DNA from: Candidatus Methylomirabilota bacterium
GTDB taxonomy: Bacteria; Methylomirabilota; Methylomirabilia; Rokubacteriales; CSP1-6
Length of the DNA stretch: 29,357 nt
Assembly (NCBI GenBank): GCA_046726415.1
Contig: JBKPAK010000281.1
Location: forward strand, 1 to 29,357
Direction: 5' to 3'
Below the pieces are notes generated by a model. The model was not told the origin of the DNA and did not search any database. It worked only from the letters and a program-made list of their open reading frames with translations. Position 1 is the stretch's first letter. Every line of letters starts with the position of its first letter. The position numbers and the translations under genes are program-made. Shown in pieces: positions 20,901-29,171 of the stretch.

Positions 20901-21392
20901 CTAGGCCTCGCGACGGGCCAGGAGGATCACCCCGACCATCGCGGCCAACAAGAGCACCGACGTGACTTCGAACGGCAGCAGGTAGTCGGTGAACAGCGCT
21001 CGGCCCAGGTCCTCGATGCCGTGGGGAGCCCGGCCCGCGTCCGACGGCACCGCCCTCCCTCGCCCGAGCACCGCCACCAGCATCACGAGAAGCAATCCGC
21101 CCAGGGGGAGGGCGATCGCGCGCACGTGGCGCCACGGATCGGGCCCGGTCTCTTCTTTGCCGGGGATGAGGACCATGATGGCGAACACGAAGAGCACCAT
21201 GATGGCCCCCGCGTACACGATGATCTGGGCGAGGGCCAGGAACTCCGCGCCGAGCATCAGGTAGAGGGCGGCGATGCTGGCGAGGTTCACCACGAGGAAG
21301 AGCGCCCCGTGAATCGGGTTGGCCTTGAGGATCAGCCCCAGCCCCGAGCCCACCGCCACCAAGGCGATGACGATGAAGGCGGCCTGGTTCAT
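20901..21392 (-). CDS. nuoJ: NADH-quinone oxidoreductase subunit J
   Basis: NPIHGAL, AEFLALAQIIVYAGAIMVLFVF, LFTDYLLPFEVTSVLLL; ATG overlaps the nuoI stop. Confidence 0.95.
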   Translation of the reverse strand: MNQAAFIVIALVAVGSGLGLILKANPIHGALFLVVNLASIAALYLMLGAEFLALAQIIVYAGAIMVLFVFAIMVLIPGKEETGPDPWRHVRAIALPLGGLLLVMLVAVLGRGRAVPSDAGRAPHGIEDLGRALFTDYLLPFEVTSVLLLAAMVGVILLARREA

Positions 21393-21931
21393 GGGGCGGC
21401 CCGGTCCGCAGGGATGGGCACGGGCGAGCGAGGCCGGCCGTCGGGGCCGCCCGGCTCGAGAGCCAAGAGCATTTCCTTCGTGTAGATCATGCCACCCCGG
21501 CTGTACGACGAGAACTCGAGAATACCGGTGTCCATGCGAATGGCGTCCTCGGGGCAGGCCTCCACACAGTAGCCGCAGAACACGCATTTGCCGAGATCGA
21601 TGTCGAAGCGCTCGGGCATCTTCTCGATTTCGGGGTTGGGGTGCTCATCGGCCACGATGTAGATGCAGTGCGCCGGACAGACCGTCTCGCACATCATGCA
21701 CGCCACGCACCGAGGGGAGCCGTCCTCGCGGCGCACCAGCCGGTGGAGGGAACGGAGGCGTGGGGAATACGGGCGGCGCTCCTCCGGATACTGGATGGTC
21801 ACCGCGCCCCGCGCGCCACCTCGCCCGAGGGTGTGGGCGAGGTGGCGTCCCATGTTGCGAAAGAAGTGGCGGGCGGTGAGGGCGATCCCCGACAGGACCT
21901 CCACGACGTAGAAGCGCTGGCGCAGCTTCAT
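21389..21931 (-). CDS. nuoI: NADH-quinone oxidoreductase subunit I
   Basis: VTIQYPEE, CVACMMCETVCP and CVFCGYCVEACP 4Fe-4S motifs. Confidence 0.95.
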   Translation of the reverse strand: MKLRQRFYVVEVLSGIALTARHFFRNMGRHLAHTLGRGGARGAVTIQYPEERRPYSPRLRSLHRLVRREDGSPRCVACMMCETVCPAHCIYIVADEHPNPEIEKMPERFDIDLGKCVFCGYCVEACPEDAIRMDTGILEFSSYSRGGMIYTKEMLLALEPGGPDGRPRSPVPIPADRAAP

Positions 21932-23025
21932 GCCCGTCCGCCGAGGAACAAAAGAGCCGCGCCGGTGATCACGATGTTGGCGATCGAGAGGGGAAAGAGG
22001 CCGAGCCAACCCAGCCGCATCGCCTGATCGTAGCGGAAACGCGGAAGCGTCCACCGGACGAGCATCAGGACGAAGATCATGGCCACCACCTTGAGGATGA
22101 AGGCGCCCACCTGGAGGATGGTCACCAGGAGGTGCGGCAGGGTCAGCGCACTCCCCCACGGGAAGCGGAGGCCGTCGGCCGCCAGGTAGGGCACCTGCCA
22201 GCCGCCGAGGAACAACGCGGTGGTCATGCCGGCGATCACCACCGTTTCCAGAAAGTCGGCCATGGCGAACATGCCAAACTTCATCCCGCTGTACTCGATG
22301 AAGTAGCCGATGATCTCGGACTCCCCCTCCGGCGTATCGAACGGGATGCGTTTGGTGGCGGCCACCCCCGCCGTCAGGAAGAGCACGAAGGCGAGCGGCT
22401 GGGTCACGATGCCCCAGAGGGGAATCCATCCCCACAGGTACGTCCCCTGCCCCCGCACGATGTCCATCATGTTCAAGGAGCCATAGATCATGACGACGCC
22501 CATGATGGACGCGCCGATGGCGATCTCCGCGGAAATCATGAGGGCCGCCGCCCGTTGCCCCCCGAGGAGGGCATAGTTGTTCGCCGACGACCACCCCGCC
22601 ATCATGACCCCGTACACCCCCAAGGACAGCATGGCGAAGACGTACAGGACGCCCGCGTCCAGGGTGATGGCCTGCAGGGGAATCTCGCGCCCGGCTACGC
22701 GCAGCGTATCGCCGAAGGGAATAGAGGCGAAGGCCACCAAGGCGAAGAACACGGAGACGAACGGGGCCAAGGTGAAGAGGAAGCGATCGGCCCGGGCGGG
22801 GAAGAAGTCCTCCTTGGTCAGCATCTTGATGGCATCGGCCAGCGGGTGGAAGAGCCCCAGGATGCGGAACCCGAAGATCGACGCCCGGTTGGCGCCGATG
22901 CGGTCCTGCATGATCGCCGATTGCTTGCGCTCGACCCAGGTCAGAATCCCCCCGAGGTTGAGGACGAAGAGCATGACGAACAGCACGCGCCCCAGCGCGA
23001 TGGCGAGATCCGTCAGCATCGTCAT
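21928..23025 (-). CDS. nuoH: NADH-quinone oxidoreductase subunit H
   Basis: WVERK...QDRIGANR, ADAIKMLTKED, RIPFDTPEGESE, EYSG, RWTLPRFRYDQ. Confidence 0.96.
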   Translation of the reverse strand: MTMLTDLAIALGRVLFVMLFVLNLGGILTWVERKQSAIMQDRIGANRASIFGFRILGLFHPLADAIKMLTKEDFFPARADRFLFTLAPFVSVFFALVAFASIPFGDTLRVAGREIPLQAITLDAGVLYVFAMLSLGVYGVMMAGWSSANNYALLGGQRAAALMISAEIAIGASIMGVVMIYGSLNMMDIVRGQGTYLWGWIPLWGIVTQPLAFVLFLTAGVAATKRIPFDTPEGESEIIGYFIEYSGMKFGMFAMADFLETVVIAGMTTALFLGGWQVPYLAADGLRFPWGSALTLPHLLVTILQVGAFILKVVAMIFVLMLVRWTLPRFRYDQAMRLGWLGLFPLSIANIVITGAALLFLGGRA

Positions 23026-24632
23026 GCCGGCAGGCCCGGGGGAGCGCTGGCGGCCGGGACCATCTGCCCGCCCTCGCCGAGGATTTCGTAGCGGAGGGCG
23101 CGGAACGGTTCGACGGCGGCGGCGAGTTGCCGAAACCAGTGCTGAGCGCGCGAGGCCGCGGGCTCCTCGCCGAGCGCGGTCAGCAACGCTCCGACGACCT
23201 GCCACTCGGGTCGCGCCTCGCCGAGCGGATCGACGGCGGCGCGGAAGCGCTGCACCCGCCCCTCGAAATTGGTGAAGGTGCCGTCCCGTTCGACCCAGGC
23301 CGTCGATGGCAGCACGAGATGCGCGCGCGCGCTCGTGCGGTGGGCATTGGTGCCCGTGAAGATGAGCGTCTCTACGGCGCTCAGGGCCCCCTCGACCTCG
23401 GCTGCCGGCCACCCGCTCTCGAACAGGTCGTAACCGAACACCCACAGGTGCCGGAGCCGCCCGGCTCGGGCATCGGCCAGGAGAGCGGCCGTGTCGCCAT
23501 CGAGACCGATCAGTTCCGCGCCGCGCGTGTTGGGGTGCTTGTCGGCGCGGATGAGGAAGTCGTCCTGGTCACCGAGGACGGCGGGGGGAACGCGGAAGCC
23601 CACCCGGCTCACCCCGCTGTGCCCGAGCAGGCGGCGCAGGGCGAAGAGGTCCTCGTTGGCCATGCGCGGCGAGGCGATGACACCCAGCGCCTCGGGGGCG
23701 CGTCGGAGGAGGTCGGCGACGACACCGATCGCCTCGTCCCAGCTCACATCGCGGGCCTGGGCCCCGGCCCCGCGGGTGGGGCGCGTCAGCCGCGTCGGGT
23801 CATCCACGAAGTGGAAGCCGTAACGACCATCGTCACACATCCACCAGCGGTTGACCGCCTCGTTGAAGCGCGGCTTGAGTCGGGCCACCCGACGACCCTC
23901 GGCGTGATGACGGCGACGCCGATTCACGTGCACGTCGATGTTGCAGCCGCGCGCACAACCCGGACAGATCGACGGGGCCGTATCCAGATACCACACGCGG
24001 ACCTGAAATCGGAAGTCCCGGTCGGTGAGCGCGCCCACCGGACAGATGTCCACCACGTTGCCCGAGTACTTGTTCTCCAGGGTCCGTCCCGGGAACAGCC
24101 CGATCTCGGAGTGATCCCCCCGGTTGAAGATGCCGAGCTCCCCGGTGGCCGTGACCTCGTCGCAGAAGCGCACGCAGCGCGAGCACAGGATGCAGCGCTC
24201 CGCGTCGAGGATGACGTGCGGGCCGAGGGGCACGGCCTTCGGCTTGTGCACCTTCTCGTCCACCATCCGGGGGTCGTAGAGACCGTGCTTCATGTAGTAG
24301 ATCTGCAGCCAGCACTCCCCGGCCTGATCGCACACCGGGCAGTCGAGCGGATGGTTGATCAGGTGGAATTCCATGATCGACCGACGCGTCTCGAGCACCC
24401 GGTCCGTCTGGGTCAGCACCACCATCCCGTCGGCGGCCAGCGTATTGCAGGCGATGGTGGGCCTCGGCGCCTTCTCGATGTCGACCATGCACAGGCGACA
24501 TTGCCCGGCCACCGAGAGCCCAGGGTGGTAGCAGTAGTGCGGGACCTCGATCCCCGCTCGCCGCGCGGCCTCGATCAGATTCGTTCCCGGGGGGACCTCG
24601 AGTTCCCTGCCGTCGATGGTGAGCCTAGGCAC
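23022..24632 (-). CDS. nuoG: NADH-quinone oxidoreductase subunit G (short form, 536 aa)
   Basis: PHYCYHPGL...CRLC, HPLDCPVCDQAGECWLQ, RCILCSRC, ICPVGAL, CPGCARGC. Confidence 0.93.
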   Translation of the reverse strand: MPRLTIDGRELEVPPGTNLIEAARRAGIEVPHYCYHPGLSVAGQCRLCMVDIEKAPRPTIACNTLAADGMVVLTQTDRVLETRRSIMEFHLINHPLDCPVCDQAGECWLQIYYMKHGLYDPRMVDEKVHKPKAVPLGPHVILDAERCILCSRCVRFCDEVTATGELGIFNRGDHSEIGLFPGRTLENKYSGNVVDICPVGALTDRDFRFQVRVWYLDTAPSICPGCARGCNIDVHVNRRRRHHAEGRRVARLKPRFNEAVNRWWMCDDGRYGFHFVDDPTRLTRPTRGAGAQARDVSWDEAIGVVADLLRRAPEALGVIASPRMANEDLFALRRLLGHSGVSRVGFRVPPAVLGDQDDFLIRADKHPNTRGAELIGLDGDTAALLADARAGRLRHLWVFGYDLFESGWPAAEVEGALSAVETLIFTGTNAHRTSARAHLVLPSTAWVERDGTFTNFEGRVQRFRAAVDPLGEARPEWQVVGALLTALGEEPAASRAQHWFRQLAAAVEPFRALRYEILGEGGQMVPAASAPPGLPA

Positions 24633-25854
24633 GGGGCATCAGAGCCTCGAACTCCTCGCGGAACTTCTCGATGTAGGAGATGTAGGGGCCGATGGCTCCG
24701 TCGTAGAAGGCGCAGATCGTGGTGCCACCACCACGGCGGGCCACATCGAGGATCGTGTCGAGATCCTCTTTGGACCCGTGCCCGTCGACGATGCGGTGCA
24801 CGATCTTGTAGATCCAGCCGGTGGACTCCCGGCAGGGCGTGCACTGGCCGCAGCTCTCGTGGGCGTAGAAGCGCGCCACCACCATGAGCGCCTCGGGGAT
24901 GGAGACGGTCTCATCCATGACCACGACTCCCGCCGAGCCGATCATGGAGCCGGCGTTGCGCAAGCCGTCCACGTCCATGGTCACGTCGATCTGGTCGGCG
25001 GTGAGGATGGGTGCGGAGGACCCGCCCGGCACGACGGCCTTGAGGCGACCGCTGCCGGTTACCCCGCCGGCATAGTCATAGATGAGCTGACGCAGGGTGA
25101 CGCTCACCGGTGCCTCGTAGATTGCCGGGCGCTTCACGCGACCCGAGACCGAGTAGATCCGCGTGCCACCCTGGGTCTTCGTGCCCAAGCCGGCGAACCA
25201 CTCGGCACCGCGATTGATGATATGCGGCACGTGACAGAGGGTCTCCACGTTGTTCACGATGGTAGGCTGGTCGAAAGCCCCCTTGATCGCGGGAAACGGC
25301 GGTTTGAGCTTGGGCCAGCCCTTCTTGCCCTCCAGCGAAGAAATCAGCCCGGTCTCCTCGCCGCAGATGTAGGCGCCGGCGCCCCGATGCACCACGATAT
25401 CGAAGCCCTGACCGAGGAGGCCGGCCGCGTAGGCCTCCTGCACCGCGGCGCGGAACCGACGCCAGGGCTCGATGTACTCGCCCCGGATGTAGACAAAGCC
25501 CAAGCGAGATCGAACGGCGCGGGCGGCGATCAGCATGCCCTCGATGAGGGCGTGGGGATCCCGCTCCAGAAGGTAGCGATCCTTGAATGTTCCCGGCTCT
25601 CCCTCGTCAGCGTTGACCACGAGATACACCGGGCCCGTGTGGTTCTTGGGGATGAACGACCACTTGGCGCCCGTCGGGAAACCCGCCCCTCCCAGGCCTC
25701 GCAAATTCGACTTCCGGATCTCCTCCACGATGGTCCCGGGCTCCAACTGTCGGGCCCGCTCGAGCGCGGTGTAGCCGCCGGTCGCCCGATAGTCTTCCAG
25801 CGTTTCAGACCGGGGCCGCTCGAAATTCCGCGTGAGGATCTTCTCGGCGGTCAC
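24625..25854 (-). CDS. nuoF: NADH-quinone oxidoreductase subunit F
   Basis: LRGLGGAGFPTGAKW, NADEGEPGTFKDR, GAGAYICGEET, HESCGQCTPCRE. Confidence 0.97.
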   Translation of the reverse strand: MTAEKILTRNFERPRSETLEDYRATGGYTALERARQLEPGTIVEEIRKSNLRGLGGAGFPTGAKWSFIPKNHTGPVYLVVNADEGEPGTFKDRYLLERDPHALIEGMLIAARAVRSRLGFVYIRGEYIEPWRRFRAAVQEAYAAGLLGQGFDIVVHRGAGAYICGEETGLISSLEGKKGWPKLKPPFPAIKGAFDQPTIVNNVETLCHVPHIINRGAEWFAGLGTKTQGGTRIYSVSGRVKRPAIYEAPVSVTLRQLIYDYAGGVTGSGRLKAVVPGGSSAPILTADQIDVTMDVDGLRNAGSMIGSAGVVVMDETVSIPEALMVVARFYAHESCGQCTPCRESTGWIYKIVHRIVDGHGSKEDLDTILDVARRGGGTTICAFYDGAIGPYISYIEKFREEFEALMPRA

Positions 25855-26369
25855 CGGAGCCCCTCGAGAATGCGATCGAGCGCGGCTGGGGTGAGGTCGA
25901 ACTCGTAGCGCTCATCGACCTGGGCCATCGGCGCATGCTCGCAGGCGCACAAGCACTCCACGGCGAACCAGGTCACGCGGCCGTCCTCGGTCGTCTCGCC
26001 CGCCTCGATGCCCAGGCGTTCCCGCAGGTGCTGGAGCAGCGCGGGCGCCCCCGCCAGATGGCAGGAAAGGTTGTGACACACGGAGATGACGTGCCGGCCC
26101 TTGGGGGCGCGGAAATACAAGGTGTAGAAGGTCACCACTTCGTGCACATGCGCCGGCGAGAGATGGAACAGTCCCGCCACATACTCTTCGACCTCGAGGG
26201 AGATGTAACCGAAGGTCTCCTGGGCCATGTGGAGGACGGGGAGCAGCGCGCCCCGCGGGTTCGGGTAGAGAGACTGGAGCCGGCGCACTTCTGCCACCTG
26301 CTCGGAAGAGAAGGCGATGGGACCGTTCGGTGCGTCGGGTTGGCCCGGCCGAGGCGCCCGTGGCGTCAT
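25851..26369 (-). CDS. nuoE: NADH-quinone oxidoreductase subunit E
   Basis: LLPVLHMAQ, EVVTFYTLY, CHNLSC...CLCAC 2Fe-2S ligands; start taken at ATG 26369, in the last repeat unit. Confidence 0.93.
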   Translation of the reverse strand: MTPRAPRPGQPDAPNGPIAFSSEQVAEVRRLQSLYPNPRGALLPVLHMAQETFGYISLEVEEYVAGLFHLSPAHVHEVVTFYTLYFRAPKGRHVISVCHNLSCHLAGAPALLQHLRERLGIEAGETTEDGRVTWFAVECLCACEHAPMAQVDERYEFDLTPAALDRILEGLR

Positions 26370-26563
26370 GTGTAGCGACGGCGCGGGGTCGGCGCGAACC
26401 GCGGGTGGCCTGACCGAGGCGCCCGTGGCGTCATGTGTAGCGACGGCGCGGGGTCGGCGCACACCGCGGGTGGCCTGACCGAGGCGCCCGTGGCGTCATG
26501 TGTAGCGACCGCGCGGGTCGGCGCACACCGCGGGTGGCCTGACCGAGGCGCCCGTGGGGTCAT
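26349..26563. repeat. Tandem repeat: three ~65-bp units plus a 21-bp partial unit between nuoD and nuoE
   Basis: Units at 26349-26413 (65 bp), 26414-26478 (65 bp), 26479-26542 (64 bp) and partial 26543-26563; each starts CCGAGGCGCCCGTGG(C/G)GTCAT and the full units are near-identical. Confidence 0.95.
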
Positions 26564-27933
26564 CGGTCGAGCTCGCCTCCGATCATGTTGACGGAGCCGA
26601 AGGTGGGCACGAGATCGGCGATCATCTGCCCCTCGATCATCCGGTGGAGGGCAGCCAGCGGGGGCAGGCACGGCGGCCGGCAGCGCACCCGGTAGGGGCG
26701 GTCCCCACCATCCGACACGACGTAGAATCCGAGCTCGCCGTTGGCGCCCTCGGTGGCGAAGTAGGCTTCGCCCGGCGGGGGCCGGATGCCATACCCCTCC
26801 ATGATCAGCATGAAGTGATTCATGAGGCCTTCGATGGAACCGTAGGCGTCGTTCTTGGACGGCAGCACTACCCGCTTGTCACTGGTGTTCACCCGGCTCA
26901 GGGCCGCCCGATCCTGCCCCTGGAGGTTCGGTGACAGCGTCAGGGGGATGAGGAGCAACCCATCGGTCTTGCCCTGCTTCCCTCGGTCGACGTAGGCGGC
27001 CGGATCGATCTCGCGGCCTTCGAAGTCGACGTTGATCGCGCCGCCCGGGAGCGCGGCCAGCGCCTGTTCGGCGATGCGCATGGACTGCTCCATCTCGGCC
27101 ATGCGCACGAGGTAGCGGGCGTAGTTGTCCCCATCCTGCTGAGTGGGGATCTCGAACTCGACGCGATCGTACGCCCAGTGTGGCTGTGCCCGGCGGACGT
27201 CATAGGGTACCCCGGCTGCCCGCAGGAGCGGGCCGGTGATGGCGTAGCGGATGGTCTCCTCGCGGCTCAGCGCCCCGATCCCCACCATGCGGTCCATGAA
27301 GATGCGGTTGTCGGTGAGCAGCCGATGTACTTCGCGGAGTACTTCGCGCACCTCAGCAAAGGCCTTCTTGACGCCCTCTCCGAAGCCCTCGGGCAGATCG
27401 GCCCTCACCCCGCCGACGCGTCCGTAGGAGATGGTCAAGCGCGCGCCGGTCACCGCCTCCACAAGCTCCCACAGGTACTCGCGGGCTTTGATCATGTAGA
27501 GGAAGACGGTGAAGGCTCCCAGCTCCATGGCCGAGGCGCCCACGCACGTCAGATGGTCGCTGATGCGCGAGATCTCGCTCATGATCGTGCGAACGTACTT
27601 GCACCGCTCGGTGACCTCGATGCCGAGCAGCTTTTCCACCGCGGCCGCGTAAGCGAAGTTATTGATGAGGGGCGAGACGTAGTTCAAGCGGTCGGTGTAC
27701 GGGATGGCATTGTTCCACCCTCCGACCTCGCAATCCTTCTCGAAGGCGCGGTGCAGGTAGCCGATCTCCACGTCGGCGCGGGCAATGGTTTCACCGTCGA
27801 GCTCGCACAGAATGCGGATGATCCCGTGCATGGCCGGGTGGGCCGGCCCCACGCCGACCATGAGGTTCTGGCTGCCCCCGCCGGTGCCGCCCCCCTCGCC
27901 GAGCATGAACTCGCGGACCGTCGTGTCGGCCAT
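26560..27933 (-). CDS. nuoD: NADH-quinone oxidoreductase subunit D
   Basis: GPAHPAMHG, IGYLHRAFEK, DRLNYVS, EISRISDH, EGANGELG, PYRVRCRPP, C-terminal GELDR. Confidence 0.96.
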   Translation of the reverse strand: MADTTVREFMLGEGGGTGGGSQNLMVGVGPAHPAMHGIIRILCELDGETIARADVEIGYLHRAFEKDCEVGGWNNAIPYTDRLNYVSPLINNFAYAAAVEKLLGIEVTERCKYVRTIMSEISRISDHLTCVGASAMELGAFTVFLYMIKAREYLWELVEAVTGARLTISYGRVGGVRADLPEGFGEGVKKAFAEVREVLREVHRLLTDNRIFMDRMVGIGALSREETIRYAITGPLLRAAGVPYDVRRAQPHWAYDRVEFEIPTQQDGDNYARYLVRMAEMEQSMRIAEQALAALPGGAINVDFEGREIDPAAYVDRGKQGKTDGLLLIPLTLSPNLQGQDRAALSRVNTSDKRVVLPSKNDAYGSIEGLMNHFMLIMEGYGIRPPPGEAYFATEGANGELGFYVVSDGGDRPYRVRCRPPCLPPLAALHRMIEGQMIADLVPTFGSVNMIGGELDR

Positions 27934-27934
27934 G

Positions 27935-28432
27935 TCAGATCTGCGGACCGATGAGCGGCTGCCGCCGGTCGATCGGGTAGTCCTTGCGCAGGGGATGTCC
28001 CGCGAACTCCTCGTACATGAGCAGGCGCCGCGGATCCGGGTGACCGGCAAAGCGGACCCCGAACATGTCCCACACCTCGCGCTCGAACCAGTTCGCGATG
28101 GGCCACACGGCCACGGCGGTGGGCACCACGGCCTCGTCCTCGTCGACCCGCGTCTTGACGCGCAACCGGTGATTGTGGCGGATCGAGTACAGGTGGTACA
28201 CGACCTCGAAGCGGGGGCCATCCTCACGACCGGGATACCGGAGGTAGTCCACCGCCGTCAGATCCATCAGCACGTCGAACCCCAGGCCCTCGTCGTCGCG
28301 GCAGAAGCGCAAGACCTCGGGAATGGCCGCACGGTCGACGACGGCTGTGTGATCACCGCGATGGGCGTGGGAGTCGACGATCTGACTGCCGAAGTGCTCG
28401 GTGAGGCGGGTGAGAATGGCTGGTCCGTCCAT
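27935..28432 (-). CDS. nuoC: NADH-quinone oxidoreductase subunit C
   Basis: DLTAVDY, RFEVVYHLYS, ANWFEREVWDMFG...GHPDPRRLL...GHPLRKDYP. Confidence 0.95.
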   Translation of the reverse strand: MDGPAILTRLTEHFGSQIVDSHAHRGDHTAVVDRAAIPEVLRFCRDDEGLGFDVLMDLTAVDYLRYPGREDGPRFEVVYHLYSIRHNHRLRVKTRVDEDEAVVPTAVAVWPIANWFEREVWDMFGVRFAGHPDPRRLLMYEEFAGHPLRKDYPIDRRQPLIGPQI

Positions 28433-28438
28433 TTCAAC

Positions 28439-28469
28439 GTCGGGGGGAGCGACCGCCGCTCCCCCCGAC
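28439..28469. repeat. Perfect 13-bp GC inverted repeat upstream of nuoC
   Basis: GTCGGGGGGAGCG-ACCGC-CGCTCCCCCCGAC; no U-tract on either strand. Confidence 0.85.
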
Positions 28470-28503
28470 ACCCCCCACCGGGATTGCGCCGCGCGTGATC
28501 CAG

Positions 28504-28608
28504 ACGGCCCGCGATGGCCAACACGTAGTCGCCGTCCCGGATGGTTCCCGCGTGATCGACGGCGATGAGCCGGTCGCCGTCGCCGTCGAAGGCGAAGCCG
28601 ATGGAGGC
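28504..28608 (-). pseudogene. glmM: Internal fragment of an alpha-D-phosphohexomutase gene (phosphoglucosamine mutase-like)
   Basis: Manual translation gives ASIGFAFDGDGDRLIAVDHAGTIRDGDYVLAIAGR; in-frame TGA at 28623-28621 with no start codon before the motif. Confidence 0.8.
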
Positions 28609-28712
28609 GATTGCGGCGGCTCAGCCGCCGCTCGACCCCGCCGGTCCGCCGCGCTGCCGCTCCCGCGGCACCCGCCGACCGGTCTCCCGTTCCCTGGCGT
28701 CGCCACGTGGTC

Positions 28713-29171
28713 TCAGAACCTCTGGGCGCTGGCCGCGATTTTGTCTTGAAGTTTCATGAGGCCGTCGATGACGCTTTCCGGCCGCGGCGGGCAGCCCGGA
28801 ATGTAGACGTCCACTGGGATGAGGGTGTCGATGCCCTGCACCGTCGCGTAGTTGTTGTAGAAGCCACCCGTGCACGTGCACACCCCAAAGGCCACTACCC
28901 ACTTCGGCTCCGTCATCTGATCGTACACGCGCTTGAGGACAGGGGCCATCTTGTGGCTGATCGTTCCCACCACGAAGAGGACGTCGGCCTGGCGTGGAGA
29001 GAAGCGCGGAAGGCCCGCCCCGAAGCGATCCACGTCGTAGTGCGAGCAGGCGGTGGCCATGTATTCCATCCCACAGCACGCGGTCACGAACGGGTACTGG
29101 AAGATGGAGTACTTTCGGGCCCAGCCGATCGCCTCGTCGAGCTTCCCGGTGAAGAAACTGCCTACTCCCAC
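28713..29171 (-). CDS. nuoB: NADH-quinone oxidoreductase subunit B
   Basis: TACCGMEYM, RFG...SPRQAD, QMTEPKWV, VDVYIPGCPPRPE; GGAGG RBS before GTG 29171. Confidence 0.96.
   Translation of the reverse strand: MGVGSFFTGKLDEAIGWARKYSIFQYPFVTACCGMEYMATACSHYDVDRFGAGLPRFSPRQADVLFVVGTISHKMAPVLKRVYDQMTEPKWVVAFGVCTCTGGFYNNYATVQGIDTLIPVDVYIPGCPPRPESVIDGLMKLQDKIAASAQRF

Noticed and set aside
26349..26563. CRISPR array interpretation of the repeat
   Set aside because: The sequences between the conserved motifs are near-identical rather than unique spacers, and there are no cas genes or AT-rich leader.
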